Of a stretch of DNA of 64,000 nucleotides, positions 9,556 to 18,398 are shown piece after piece. The number at the start of each line of letters is the position of its first letter. Positions within the stretch are counted from its first letter, which is position 1. The notes below the pieces were generated by a model. It was given only the letters and a program-made list of their open reading frames with translations. It was not told the origin of the DNA and made no database searches. Origin of the DNA: Tepidisphaera sp. GTDB lineage: Bacteria > Planctomycetota > Phycisphaerae > Phycisphaerales > UBA1924. Position numbers and translations under genes: made by a program. The stretch is taken from the NCBI GenBank assembly GCA_050916045.1, contig CP051526.1, forward strand, positions 1,056,001 through 1,120,000, read 5' to 3'.

Positions 9556-10329
9556 ATGAAGAGCAACGGTTTTCATTCGTTTCCGCCGCTCGAACCGGGC
9601 GATCGTCTGAGAAGGAACTTCGACGTGACCGACGAAACTCCACGTGACCTGTTGGGCGAAGCCGCCGTCGCCGAGATTCAATCGGGCATGATCGTCGGGC
9701 TTGGCACCGGCCGGGCCGCTTCTCGCGGCATCCTGGCCCTCGCCCGCCGCGTCCGCGAGGAGGGTCTGAACGTTCACTGCGTGCCGACCAGCCATGTCTC
9801 CGAGACGCTCGCCCGGGCTCACCTGCTCAACATCCTCGACTTCGCGATGGTCGAGCGCGTCGATTATCTCTTCGACGGGGCTGACGAGGTCGACCCGCGC
9901 CTCCGCATGATCAAGGGCAAGGGCGGCGCGCTCGTTCGCGAGCGCATCGTCGCCCACGCTTCGACCCGCAACGTGTTCATGGTCGGCGAGGACAAGCTCG
10001 TGGACCATCTGGGTGCCCGCTCGCCGCTCCCGGTCGCGGTCGTCGCGTACGGGCTGGCTTCGGTCCGCCAGCGGATCTCGAACCTTGGCGTCAACGGCGT
10101 GGTTCGCCGCAATTTCGACGGCCAGCTCTTCCTCTCCGACAACGGCAGCCTCATCCTCGACTGCACGCTCCCCGAGAACGTCGACGTCGAGGAGATGGCC
10201 CGCGAGCTTGATTCGATCCCGGGCGTCATCGACCACGGCCTGTTCCTTGACGAAGCCGACGAGGTGCTCGTCGAGACCGCTGAAGGGATCACCCGGATGG
10301 TGCCCGCGGCCGTCCAGTCCAACGGCTGA
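9556..10329 (+). CDS. rpiA: Ribose-5-phosphate isomerase A (start may be GTG 9625)
   Basis: VGLGTG, DGADEVD, IKGKGGALVRE, SDNG, IPGVIDHGLF. Confidence 0.93.
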   Translation: MKSNGFHSFPPLEPGDRLRRNFDVTDETPRDLLGEAAVAEIQSGMIVGLGTGRAASRGILALARRVREEGLNVHCVPTSHVSETLARAHLLNILDFAMVERVDYLFDGADEVDPRLRMIKGKGGALVRERIVAHASTRNVFMVGEDKLVDHLGARSPLPVAVVAYGLASVRQRISNLGVNGVVRRNFDGQLFLSDNGSLILDCTLPENVDVEEMARELDSIPGVIDHGLFLDEADEVLVETAEGITRMVPAAVQSNG

Positions 10330-10369
10330 TCCGCGGATCGATCCGGCCGGCAGTCCTCAGCATTCCAGG

Positions 10370-10407
10370 AAAAACACAACGAGCCCGGGACGATCGTCCC
10401 GGGCTCG
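10370..10407. terminator. Terminator between convergent genes
   Basis: cgagcccgggacg-at-cgtcccgggctcg palindrome with an A-run on the left. Confidence 0.7.
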
Positions 10408-10428
10408 CTGGTCAATGGGGGTCGGATT

Positions 10429-12114
10429 TCAGGCGCCGCAAGGGTTGGTCTCAAAGCGTTCCACGAAGTTGTCAAAGTCGAAGAAGTCGACGAACCCGTC
10501 GTTGTTCATGTCGCCGTTCTCGTTGGGCGGGCAACCCGCGCCCTCGAAGCAACTGACGTACGCGTCGTAGTCGAAGAAGTCGACGAACCCGTCCGCGTTG
10601 AAGTCGGCTTTGCAGACCACCGTCACCGTGGCGGTCGTGGACTGCCGGGTTGCGCAGGGGGTGAACGCTTCGGCGACGTAGACGCCCGCGTGGTTCGGAG
10701 TCGCGGACGCGATGGTGAAGGTCCCGTTGGTGCCGCCCGAGATGGCGACGCCGTTGCGGGTCCAGCGGAACTGGGGGACGCCGGGGCCGGTCGCGGCCGC
10801 GGTCAGCGTGAAGGGTCGGCCGCGGCGGACGGCGACGCTCTGCGGCTGCCGCAGGATCATCAGCGAGCCGGTCATCCCGCACGACGAGGGCACGGTGTCC
10901 AGGTACTGGTGGATCCGCTCGATGACCCGCGGGCCAAACCCGAGCGTGATGTTCCGCATGCCGCCCTCGCACCCGTGGCAGTACGACATGATCGTCCCTT
11001 GCGATGCCTGCGAGCAGTCGCCGTTGCCGCACCCGTCGATCACCGGGTCGTACGAGTCGTGCGTGTGCCCCGAGCCGAAATTGTGCCCGAGCTCGTGCGC
11101 CGTCACGAAAATCGGCCAGTTTCCGTCGTTGCGGTCCCGGAGCGGGTACGGGAACCCGCCGCCCACGCCCGACGACAGCCCAAAACCCCAGTCGTAGTTG
11201 CAGACCACGCTCAGCCACGCCACGCCTCCACCCAAGCCGCGGAACGTCAGGAAGTGCGACAGCGACCGCCGCACGCCCCGCATCTGCGATGCCCAGTGAT
11301 CGCGGAACTGCCCGAGCTGGGCTCCCATCTCCGTCTGGTCCCACGGATCCTCCGGGGTGGTCCAAAGCCGCATGTACGGGATCTGCAGATTGACGTTGAG
11401 ATCGCGCTGATAGATCACCGACACCGCCGCGACAAGCCGCGTCAGATAGTCCGCCGCCGCCGCCGGGTTGCCGTTGATACCCGTCGTCGTCTCATAGTCC
11501 GTGTCGATCGCGAGGGTGACGATCCGGCACGGCGCCCCGCGGTCCCCGCCGAAACCGCCCGCTTCGCCGAGCACGGGCGTGCCCGGAGCCGTCAGCGCGT
11601 TGCAGCCGCCGCCCGACACCTTCACCAGATCCTCGGGGATTGTCCGCAGGTCGTAGATGACCGTCGGGAGGGTTTCGGTCGCCGGGCCGCTGGTGATGAT
11701 CCACGTCCGGTCGTCGGTGAGGATGTACCCGTCGATGCGCTCGTCCGAGACGGCGAGGTAGACGCGGGCCGCTGGGTCTTCGCTGAGGCTCCCGGTCCAG
11801 AAGGTGCTCTGCACCGGGCCGAGCTCCGCTTCACCCTCCGAGGTCATTACGACGATTCTGCCGTCGCCGGTGAAGGGCTCGAAGCGTTTGAGCTCAAGCG
11901 TCACGCGCGAGCCATCCGCGAGGGGGAAGGCATCCACTCGAACATGGCGAGCCTCCGCGAGATTGACCGCCAGGCCGCCATCCACAGCGAGGGTCTGAAC
12001 CCCGCGGTCCGCCCGGCCCGCGGCACGGAACGCTTCCCCGTGCCAATCCTGACCCAAAGCCGCGCCCGAAACCAGCAGCGACGCGAGCACGCAACCACGC
12101 CATGCGAAACCCAT
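10429..12114 (-). CDS. Secreted M12-like (metzincin) metallopeptidase with Ig domain and GC-type dockerin
   Basis: HELGHNFGSGH, Met-turn TIMSY, Ig-like QPQS..FRWTRNG..GVY, CKADFNADGFVDFFDYD; SD AAGGAG. Confidence 0.9.
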   Translation of the reverse strand: MGFAWRGCVLASLLVSGAALGQDWHGEAFRAAGRADRGVQTLAVDGGLAVNLAEARHVRVDAFPLADGSRVTLELKRFEPFTGDGRIVVMTSEGEAELGPVQSTFWTGSLSEDPAARVYLAVSDERIDGYILTDDRTWIITSGPATETLPTVIYDLRTIPEDLVKVSGGGCNALTAPGTPVLGEAGGFGGDRGAPCRIVTLAIDTDYETTTGINGNPAAAADYLTRLVAAVSVIYQRDLNVNLQIPYMRLWTTPEDPWDQTEMGAQLGQFRDHWASQMRGVRRSLSHFLTFRGLGGGVAWLSVVCNYDWGFGLSSGVGGGFPYPLRDRNDGNWPIFVTAHELGHNFGSGHTHDSYDPVIDGCGNGDCSQASQGTIMSYCHGCEGGMRNITLGFGPRVIERIHQYLDTVPSSCGMTGSLMILRQPQSVAVRRGRPFTLTAAATGPGVPQFRWTRNGVAISGGTNGTFTIASATPNHAGVYVAEAFTPCATRQSTTATVTVVCKADFNADGFVDFFDYDAYVSCFEGAGCPPNENGDMNNDGFVDFFDFDNFVERFETNPCGA

Positions 12115-12243
12115 AACCAGACTCCTTCTCAAGAACTGTCTGGAGTTTCGGTCCATCGGCAGCGTGGATCCGAAAACCTCCGAGTTTTTGCGGATCAGGC
12201 CCGTTCTCGGCCTGAACGTTGTTTCAGAAAGTGGGTTCCCACA

Positions 12244-12933
12244 TCAAAACGGGGCCGCCGACTGGACCACGACCCGCTCGCCCGTGTCCGGGTCGTCGAA
12301 CTCAAGCGCCGAAGCGTGGAGCATCAGACGGGCCGCTTCGGGGCCGCCGTACAGCGGATCCCCGACGATCGGTGCGGCCAGACCGCCGGGCGCGGGCGAA
12401 GCGGCGTGGACGCGAAGCTGGTGCGACCGTCCGGTGACCGGCGTGAAGACGACCCGTGTCAGCGTGCGGCCATCCAGGTCCTCCAGGCCGACTGCTTGCC
12501 AGATGGTTCGTGCGGACCGGCCATGGACGAAGTCGACGATCTGGGTGGGTCGGTTGTCGTAGTCGGGCCGAATCGGGAGCGTCACTTCGCCCTCGGTCGC
12601 GCCCGCTTGCCGAGCAAGATCACCCGCGAGCAGAGCGGTGTATCGCTTGCTCACTGTGCGGGATTCGAACTGCCAGGACAGCCGCCGGTGTGCTTCGGGG
12701 TCCAGTGCGAAGACCATGATCCCGGAGGTGGGCATGTCGAGGCGGTGGACCGAGAGCGGGCCGGTCGCCTCCGGGAACGCGGCGCGAACCGCGTTGACCA
12801 TGCAGACCTCGCCCGTCTCGCCCAATCCCGGCACGGAACGAACACCGGGCGGTTTGTCGATCACGACAAACCGCCCGGTCTCGATCAGAATCCGCAGCGG
12901 GGGCTGCGGCGGTGTGCTCTGGAGTCCGGTCAC
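12244..12933 (-). CDS. RluA-family pseudouridine synthase
   Basis: DKPPG, HRLDMPTSG, TGRSHQLRVH, IVGDPLYG, LMLHA. Confidence 0.93.
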   Translation of the reverse strand: MTGLQSTPPQPPLRILIETGRFVVIDKPPGVRSVPGLGETGEVCMVNAVRAAFPEATGPLSVHRLDMPTSGIMVFALDPEAHRRLSWQFESRTVSKRYTALLAGDLARQAGATEGEVTLPIRPDYDNRPTQIVDFVHGRSARTIWQAVGLEDLDGRTLTRVVFTPVTGRSHQLRVHAASPAPGGLAAPIVGDPLYGGPEAARLMLHASALEFDDPDTGERVVVQSAAPF

Positions 12934-14927
12934 GGGACAATCATGGGCGCGAACTGGCGGAGGGGCGAGGCCCGGAGATCATCGGCCAGGACGAGCGCAC
13001 GGGCCGGGCCCATGGGCTGCTGCCACCACGGCTGGAACATCGCGAGGAACCGCGCGGCCGGGCCGGCATGCGGAACGGCGAGCGGGAGGGCGTTGTTGGG
13101 GAGCTCGAGCAGGCCGAAGGGGCCCACCATGCCGCCGGCGTTCTGGGCCGCCGCGACGCCGCCGCCCACGCCGGCGATCAGCGGAGCAAACTGAACAACC
13201 GTCCCGATGGTGCCGCCGGCCGCGACCACAAGCGACTTGTCGGCTTTGCTCTCCATCACGAGGGTCTCACCGTCCCAATAGCTCATGCTGACGGACGCTT
13301 TGGCGTTCTTAAGGAGGTCGTGGGGCGGGGGGACGACCAAGCCGGGCTCGCGGGCGTAATCGGTGGTCGAGCGCACGCCGTTGGCGATGCCGGTGCCGAG
13401 CATGGCGAGGAGCGTGTAGCCCTCGCGGACCATGCGCGGGGTGTCGGAGTAGCTGAGGCTGAGCAGGCTTCCCTGCCTGGCTTTGGCGACCTCGGCGACG
13501 CGGGGGTTGGTGAGGATGCCGCCGTCGCCCTTGCCTTCGGCCTGGCGCACGGCGGCGGTGACCGCCTGGGGCGTGAGGCCGAGGATGAGGTAGCGGCTGG
13601 TGGCGGCGTAGCAGAGCTCAATCGGCATGGGCAAGCCGCGCATGCGGAGCGCGTTCATGTCGGTGGTGCCGTCCTTCCAGGTGTCGAGCTTGAGGTACGG
13701 GCCCGGCATCTCGGTGAGGTTCTCATCGATGAGCTGGCGGGCTTTGCCGACGAGCTTGGCGTGGGCTTTCATGAAGCGTTCGCGGTCGCGGAGCCCGATG
13801 AGGACGACGGCCGAGCCGAGCCCGCCGCCGCCGGTGGAGTCGGACATGTACATCGCGAAGGACCCGCCGACGCAGTCGATGATGTCGGTGCGGATATCGA
13901 CCCCGGTCTGTTCCTTGAACTGGTCGAGGACGCTCTGGACTTCGGGAGAGGCTTTGGAAGCCTGATCGAGCGCGTCGCGGAAATAGCCGAGATCTCCCGC
14001 GCCGATGCTCGCCATGGAGGCGTCGGCGGGGATGGCGCGGAAGTCGGCTTCGGTGAGGGGCTCGCCGGCCATGTGGAGCGCGGCTTTGAACTTCCCGGCG
14101 CGTTCGACGCGGGTGGTCGTGATCATCTCGTCGGCGGTGACGCCGACTTCGAGGTTGGCTTTCATCGCGTCGTTGCCGAGCAGGCCGTTCTTGCGGAGCT
14201 GGACGGCGATCTCGCGGATCTCCGGCTGTTCCTTGGGAGCGACGGTGAGGATCATCTTCTCGGCGGGCGTGAGCGCGGTGAGGTCAAAGCTCGCGACCAT
14301 CAGCGGCTTGACGTTCTTGTTGATCACCGCGGGAGACGCGAGGACCTTGTCGAGATCGCCGACGGTGCCGTAGACAACCTCGTTGCGCCAAGCGTTGCCG
14401 GACTTGCGGACGCCGTAGGCGAGATTGCCCGGTGGGCCGACCTGGATCTCGGTGAAGCCCTCAAGCCGCTTGCTCTCGGAGGTGGGGGCTTCGGCGCTCT
14501 TGAGCAGGCTCTTGATGCGTTCGTGGTTGCGTTTGGCTTCGGCTTCGTCGGCGGCTTCGATGCTGATGACGATGCCGTAGTTGAAGAGGCCGCCGGTGGG
14601 TTCGCCCGGGGTGTAGGCGATGCCCATCTTCATAGGGCGCGAGATCATGCGGGGGAGCATGTCCATCAGCGTGACGACCTCGGGGGGCAGGCCGGGGATC
14701 TCCTCGCGCAGTTCGTTGAGGCGGGCGGGGAGCATTTCGATGGCGCGCTTGAGGGCCGCGTCGCGGGGGTCGCTGACGAGGTTGGGCATGCCCCAGTGCT
14801 CAAAGACCATGAACTGACGCGGCGCTTCGTCCTGCGCGATCGCGTGGCCCGCGGACAGAAGCAGAGCGGCGGTGAAAGCAACGGGGCGGAGGATTCGGCG
14901 GGCCGAAAGGGCTGGCAGCAGGCGCAT
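12930..14927 (-). CDS. Exported hypothetical protein (DUF3352-like, tentative)
   Basis: SD GGAG, signal peptide ending AIA-Q, long native-codon ORF whose stop overlaps the RluA start. Confidence 0.75.
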   Translation of the reverse strand: MRLLPALSARRILRPVAFTAALLLSAGHAIAQDEAPRQFMVFEHWGMPNLVSDPRDAALKRAIEMLPARLNELREEIPGLPPEVVTLMDMLPRMISRPMKMGIAYTPGEPTGGLFNYGIVISIEAADEAEAKRNHERIKSLLKSAEAPTSESKRLEGFTEIQVGPPGNLAYGVRKSGNAWRNEVVYGTVGDLDKVLASPAVINKNVKPLMVASFDLTALTPAEKMILTVAPKEQPEIREIAVQLRKNGLLGNDAMKANLEVGVTADEMITTTRVERAGKFKAALHMAGEPLTEADFRAIPADASMASIGAGDLGYFRDALDQASKASPEVQSVLDQFKEQTGVDIRTDIIDCVGGSFAMYMSDSTGGGGLGSAVVLIGLRDRERFMKAHAKLVGKARQLIDENLTEMPGPYLKLDTWKDGTTDMNALRMRGLPMPIELCYAATSRYLILGLTPQAVTAAVRQAEGKGDGGILTNPRVAEVAKARQGSLLSLSYSDTPRMVREGYTLLAMLGTGIANGVRSTTDYAREPGLVVPPPHDLLKNAKASVSMSYWDGETLVMESKADKSLVVAAGGTIGTVVQFAPLIAGVGGGVAAAQNAGGMVGPFGLLELPNNALPLAVPHAGPAARFLAMFQPWWQQPMGPARALVLADDLRASPLRQFAPMIVP

Positions 14928-15092
14928 GGGGGGCTCCACGAGGGTGATTTCGAAAGCCCGCGAAAGCGGGCCGCGGGCGGTACAGAACGGACCAAACAGT
15001 TTTATGGCATTTCGGGGGCCGGAGTTTCGGGATCGGGCCGATTTCTTTGGGGCTTGAGCCCTTGTACGCGGGGCCGGCGGTATCCTTGGGTC

Positions 15093-16157
15093 TTGCCCGA
15101 TGAGGTTGCCATTTCCGAACGGACGATCGAGCCGCGAAAGGTGCTGCTTATCAGGCCGAGCGCGCTGGGCGACGTGTGCCGCACGGTTCCGTGCCTGGTG
15201 AGCTTGCGGAGGGCGTTTCCGGGCGCGACGATCGACTGGCTTGTGAACGAAGCGTTCGTGCCGGCGGTTTCCAGCCACCCGGCGCTGACCGGAACGGTCC
15301 CGTTTGACCGGGGGTCGTTCGGGAAGGGGATCCGCAAACTCCGGCTTTCGGGGCCCCGGTCGTTTCTCGACGCTTTGAAGCATCGGGGCTATGACCTCGT
15401 GGTGGACCTTCAGGGCTTGGCGAGATCCGGGCTGTTCTCCTGGGCGACCCGGGCTTCACGGCGCGTGGGTTTCGCGAATGCTCGCGAGTTCGGCTGGCTC
15501 GGCTACACGGAGCGGCATCACGTCGACACGTCGATGCACACGGTGGACCGGATGCTCCGGCTGTTGGAACTCGCGGGCGTTCGGCCGGTGCTGGACATGC
15601 GGCTTTACTCGAGTGAGCTAGGCCGGGCGGAGGTTCCCGCGGCGCTTGCGGGCAAGCGTTACGCGGTGGTGGCGCCGACGAGCCGGTGGGAGGGCAAACG
15701 ATGGCCCGCGGAGCGTTTCGCGGCCGCGATTCCGGCGATGCTCGAGATGGGTTTAGATGCGGTGGCGGTGGTGGGGTCAAGGAGCGAGCGCGAGCAGTGC
15801 GGCCCGCTTCTCTCGCTGGCGGCGCAGGACGGTCGTGTGTTGGACTTGCTTGGCGCGACGAGCGTGGCGGGGTTGATGGCGGTGGTGGAGGGAGCGGCGA
15901 TGGTGCTTGCGAACGACTCGGCGGCGCTGCACATGGCCGTCGGGTTCGACCGCCCTCTCGTGGCGCTCTTCGGCCCCACGCGCGTGGAGCTTGTCGGGCC
16001 GTTCCGGCGCGAAGCCGACGTCATCCAGCACCTCCGGCAGGGCGATGTGTTCGAGCACAAGAACACGCTTGCCGGCCGGGCGATGATGGAGAGGATCAGC
16101 GTTGAGGAAGTGGTGCAGGCGGTGGGCCGCCGCGTAGCAAATCCGGCCTCCGCGTGA
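15093..16157 (+). CDS. Glycosyltransferase family 9 (LPS heptosyltransferase-like)
   Basis: LLIRPSALGDV, DLQGLARS, KRWP, NDSAALHMA, LFGPT; TTG start chosen 6 nt after TATCCT. Confidence 0.9.
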   Translation: MPDEVAISERTIEPRKVLLIRPSALGDVCRTVPCLVSLRRAFPGATIDWLVNEAFVPAVSSHPALTGTVPFDRGSFGKGIRKLRLSGPRSFLDALKHRGYDLVVDLQGLARSGLFSWATRASRRVGFANAREFGWLGYTERHHVDTSMHTVDRMLRLLELAGVRPVLDMRLYSSELGRAEVPAALAGKRYAVVAPTSRWEGKRWPAERFAAAIPAMLEMGLDAVAVVGSRSEREQCGPLLSLAAQDGRVLDLLGATSVAGLMAVVEGAAMVLANDSAALHMAVGFDRPLVALFGPTRVELVGPFRREADVIQHLRQGDVFEHKNTLAGRAMMERISVEEVVQAVGRRVANPASA

Positions 16158-16248
16158 CGGGCTGGCGGGTCTCAACAGGGGCATCTTGACAAAGTCTTCG
16201 CGCAATCCGAATCCGTGACGAACTGGTTCTTCACTATGTTCGCTCCGC

Positions 16249-17250
16249 ATGATGCACCACGGCAACCGGCGTCTGGGATTCACGCTCGTTGAGCTTCTGG
16301 TCGTGATCGCGATCATCGCGCTCCTGATCGGGCTTCTCGTGCCGTCCTTGGCCAAGGCGAGGGATGCCGCCAAGCAGACGCTTTGCATGTCGAACCTCGG
16401 GCAGATCGTGAAAGCCGCGACGACGTACTCGGTGGACAGCAAGGGGTTCTTCTGCTCGGGTCCGTTCGACAATCAGGTTGAAGAGGGGTATGGGGCGGTT
16501 GAAACGACGGGCTGGGTCGCGGACATGATCCGCGGCGGGTACGGTTCGCCGGGCAAGCTTCTCTGCCCCGGCAGCCCTGCGCGGTACAGCGAAACCCTCA
16601 ACCGCAACCGCATCAACGGTTCGAGCACGTACCGGCGGGAGGGGAACGCTCCGTACTCCAACGCGGACATCGAAGACCTCATCACCCGCGGGTACAACAC
16701 GAACTACTGCCAGAGCTGGCAGATGGCCCACACCGACACCAAGCGCGCCGACCGGGCGAGCGTGCCCAATCCGAAGGATGTGCGGTACCTTCGCGGCCCG
16801 TTGAACGAGCGGTTCCTCGGCATGGCGGGCTCGCCGTCGCTGGTCGCTCTGATGGCGGATGCCGCGATTCAGAACGAGGACGAGAACGATCTGGTCTTCG
16901 TGAACGGGTCGTGGGAGTGGGGCGCGAAGACGCTGACGGATGGTCCTGGCTTCGTCCGCGGGCCGGGCGGCACGGTGGTGGGGCGTCAGGACTTCAGCGA
17001 CTGGGGCCCGGTGCACGGCAAGGGAAGCAAGATTCTCGCGGGCGACAGCCAGACATCGCACGACCGCATGAACGGCAATATCGGGTTCGCCGACGCCCAT
17101 GTCGCGGTCTTTTCTGATCTGGGCATGCGCGACGGGATTTGGGGAGCGTCCGAGGTGGCCGACCGCGGTGGGTATCGCACCCCGGTGTACGACGAGATCG
17201 AGGGAAAGGTCTACGGCGGCTGGCTGAGCCGTCCCGGGATCAACTGGTAA
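16249..17250 (+). CDS. Prepilin-type N-terminal cleavage/methylation protein with H-X9-DG motif (DUF1559-like)
   Basis: [46 protein letters not shown]. Confidence 0.93.
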   Translation: MMHHGNRRLGFTLVELLVVIAIIALLIGLLVPSLAKARDAAKQTLCMSNLGQIVKAATTYSVDSKGFFCSGPFDNQVEEGYGAVETTGWVADMIRGGYGSPGKLLCPGSPARYSETLNRNRINGSSTYRREGNAPYSNADIEDLITRGYNTNYCQSWQMAHTDTKRADRASVPNPKDVRYLRGPLNERFLGMAGSPSLVALMADAAIQNEDENDLVFVNGSWEWGAKTLTDGPGFVRGPGGTVVGRQDFSDWGPVHGKGSKILAGDSQTSHDRMNGNIGFADAHVAVFSDLGMRDGIWGASEVADRGGYRTPVYDEIEGKVYGGWLSRPGINW

Positions 17251-17331
17251 GAGAAGAGAGCGTGCGTGGAGCAAGCGGCGGTGTCGCCGCGAGTTCGCAC
17301 GCCGAATGGTGGAAAGAAAGGGAGAAGTTTC

Positions 17332-18285
17332 ATGAAGTGGAGCACCGGCATTGTGGCGGGCGGGATCGGGCTTGCGCTGGCGGCGGGAACCGCTGTCGCG
17401 CAGCCTCTGGTTGTGATCAACGAGATCTTCATCAATTCGCCCGGCACCGACCAGGGACGCGAGTTTCTTGAGCTCAAGAGCTCGGCACCCTCGCAGAGCC
17501 TCTCGGGCTTGTGGTTCCTCGTCATCGAGGGCGACGGCGAAGCGACCGGCACGGTGGGCACGGTCGACGTGGCGATCCCGCTCGACGGGTACTCGACCGG
17601 CGCGAACGGCCTGTTCCTGATCCGTGACGCGGCGACGCAGTTTGACCCGGCCCCTGAAGCCGAAACCACCGTCCTCGTTCGCGACTTTGTCCCGGATCTC
17701 GAGAACGGCGGGAGCACCTTCATCATCGTTCGCGGGTTCACGGGCGCCATTGGCGACGACCTCGACCTCGACAACAACGGCGTGATGGAGTCCTTCCCCT
17801 GGTCAGCCGTGCTCGACGTGATCGGGTACGACGAGGGTGAACAGCTGGACACGGACGTCAACTACGCCGAGCAGCTCGGCGGTCTCGACGTTTCGGCCGG
17901 CGATCCGGACCCCAACATCGCGTTCACGGCGGACGCGATCGTTCGGGTCTGCGACAACATCTACGCCCTGGACGTCTTTGGCTCGTTCCCCGGCCCGTTC
18001 TTCGCGGATGAGCTTCAGACCCGCGGGTTCCCGGTCAACGATCCGCTGCCCTTCGACTTTGAGCTCACGCCCGGCCGCGCCAACCCCGGCGAGTGCGGAC
18101 CGCCCCCGTGCCCCGCCGACTTCAACGGCGACGGGTTCCTGGACTTCTTCGACTACGACGATTACGTCGGGTGCTTCGAGACGGGCTCGTGCCCGGCCGG
18201 CCGCACGGCGGACTTCAACGGCGATGACTTCGTGGACTTCTTCGACTACGACGACTTCGTGAGCGCGTTCGAGTCGGGCTGCTGA
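17332..18285 (+). CDS. Secreted lamin-tail-like domain protein with GC-type dockerin
   Basis: Signal peptide, VINEI..PGTD..EFLEL, TPGRAN, CPADFNGDGFLDFFDYDD...FESGC. Confidence 0.85.
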   Translation: MKWSTGIVAGGIGLALAAGTAVAQPLVVINEIFINSPGTDQGREFLELKSSAPSQSLSGLWFLVIEGDGEATGTVGTVDVAIPLDGYSTGANGLFLIRDAATQFDPAPEAETTVLVRDFVPDLENGGSTFIIVRGFTGAIGDDLDLDNNGVMESFPWSAVLDVIGYDEGEQLDTDVNYAEQLGGLDVSAGDPDPNIAFTADAIVRVCDNIYALDVFGSFPGPFFADELQTRGFPVNDPLPFDFELTPGRANPGECGPPPCPADFNGDGFLDFFDYDDYVGCFETGSCPAGRTADFNGDDFVDFFDYDDFVSAFESGC

Positions 18286-18303
18286 TCATCACAGGCGACA
18301 AAG

Positions 18304-18345
18304 AAACGAGCCCCGCGTCGGAAGACGCGGGGCTCGGTTGTTTTT
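18304..18345. terminator. Terminator between convergent genes
   Basis: cgagccccgcgtc-ggaa-gacgcggggctcg then gttgttttt. Confidence 0.8.
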
Positions 18346-18398
18346 CGGACGGCTTCGGTCGCGGGCCGAAGGCCGCTTGCTCTTGGCCGCGTGTGCCG

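Noticed and set aside
10690..13194. Long alternative ORFs such as 10690-13194, 18621-21014, 46998-50363, 56280-58700 and 58666-60861
   Set aside because: They are antisense shadows of well-supported genes in high-GC DNA, Arg/Pro-rich with no motifs.
12912..15092. 1081-aa fusion N-terminal to the GT9 domain
   Set aside because: The upstream part is the antisense of 12930-14927; the GT9 motif begins shortly after 15093.
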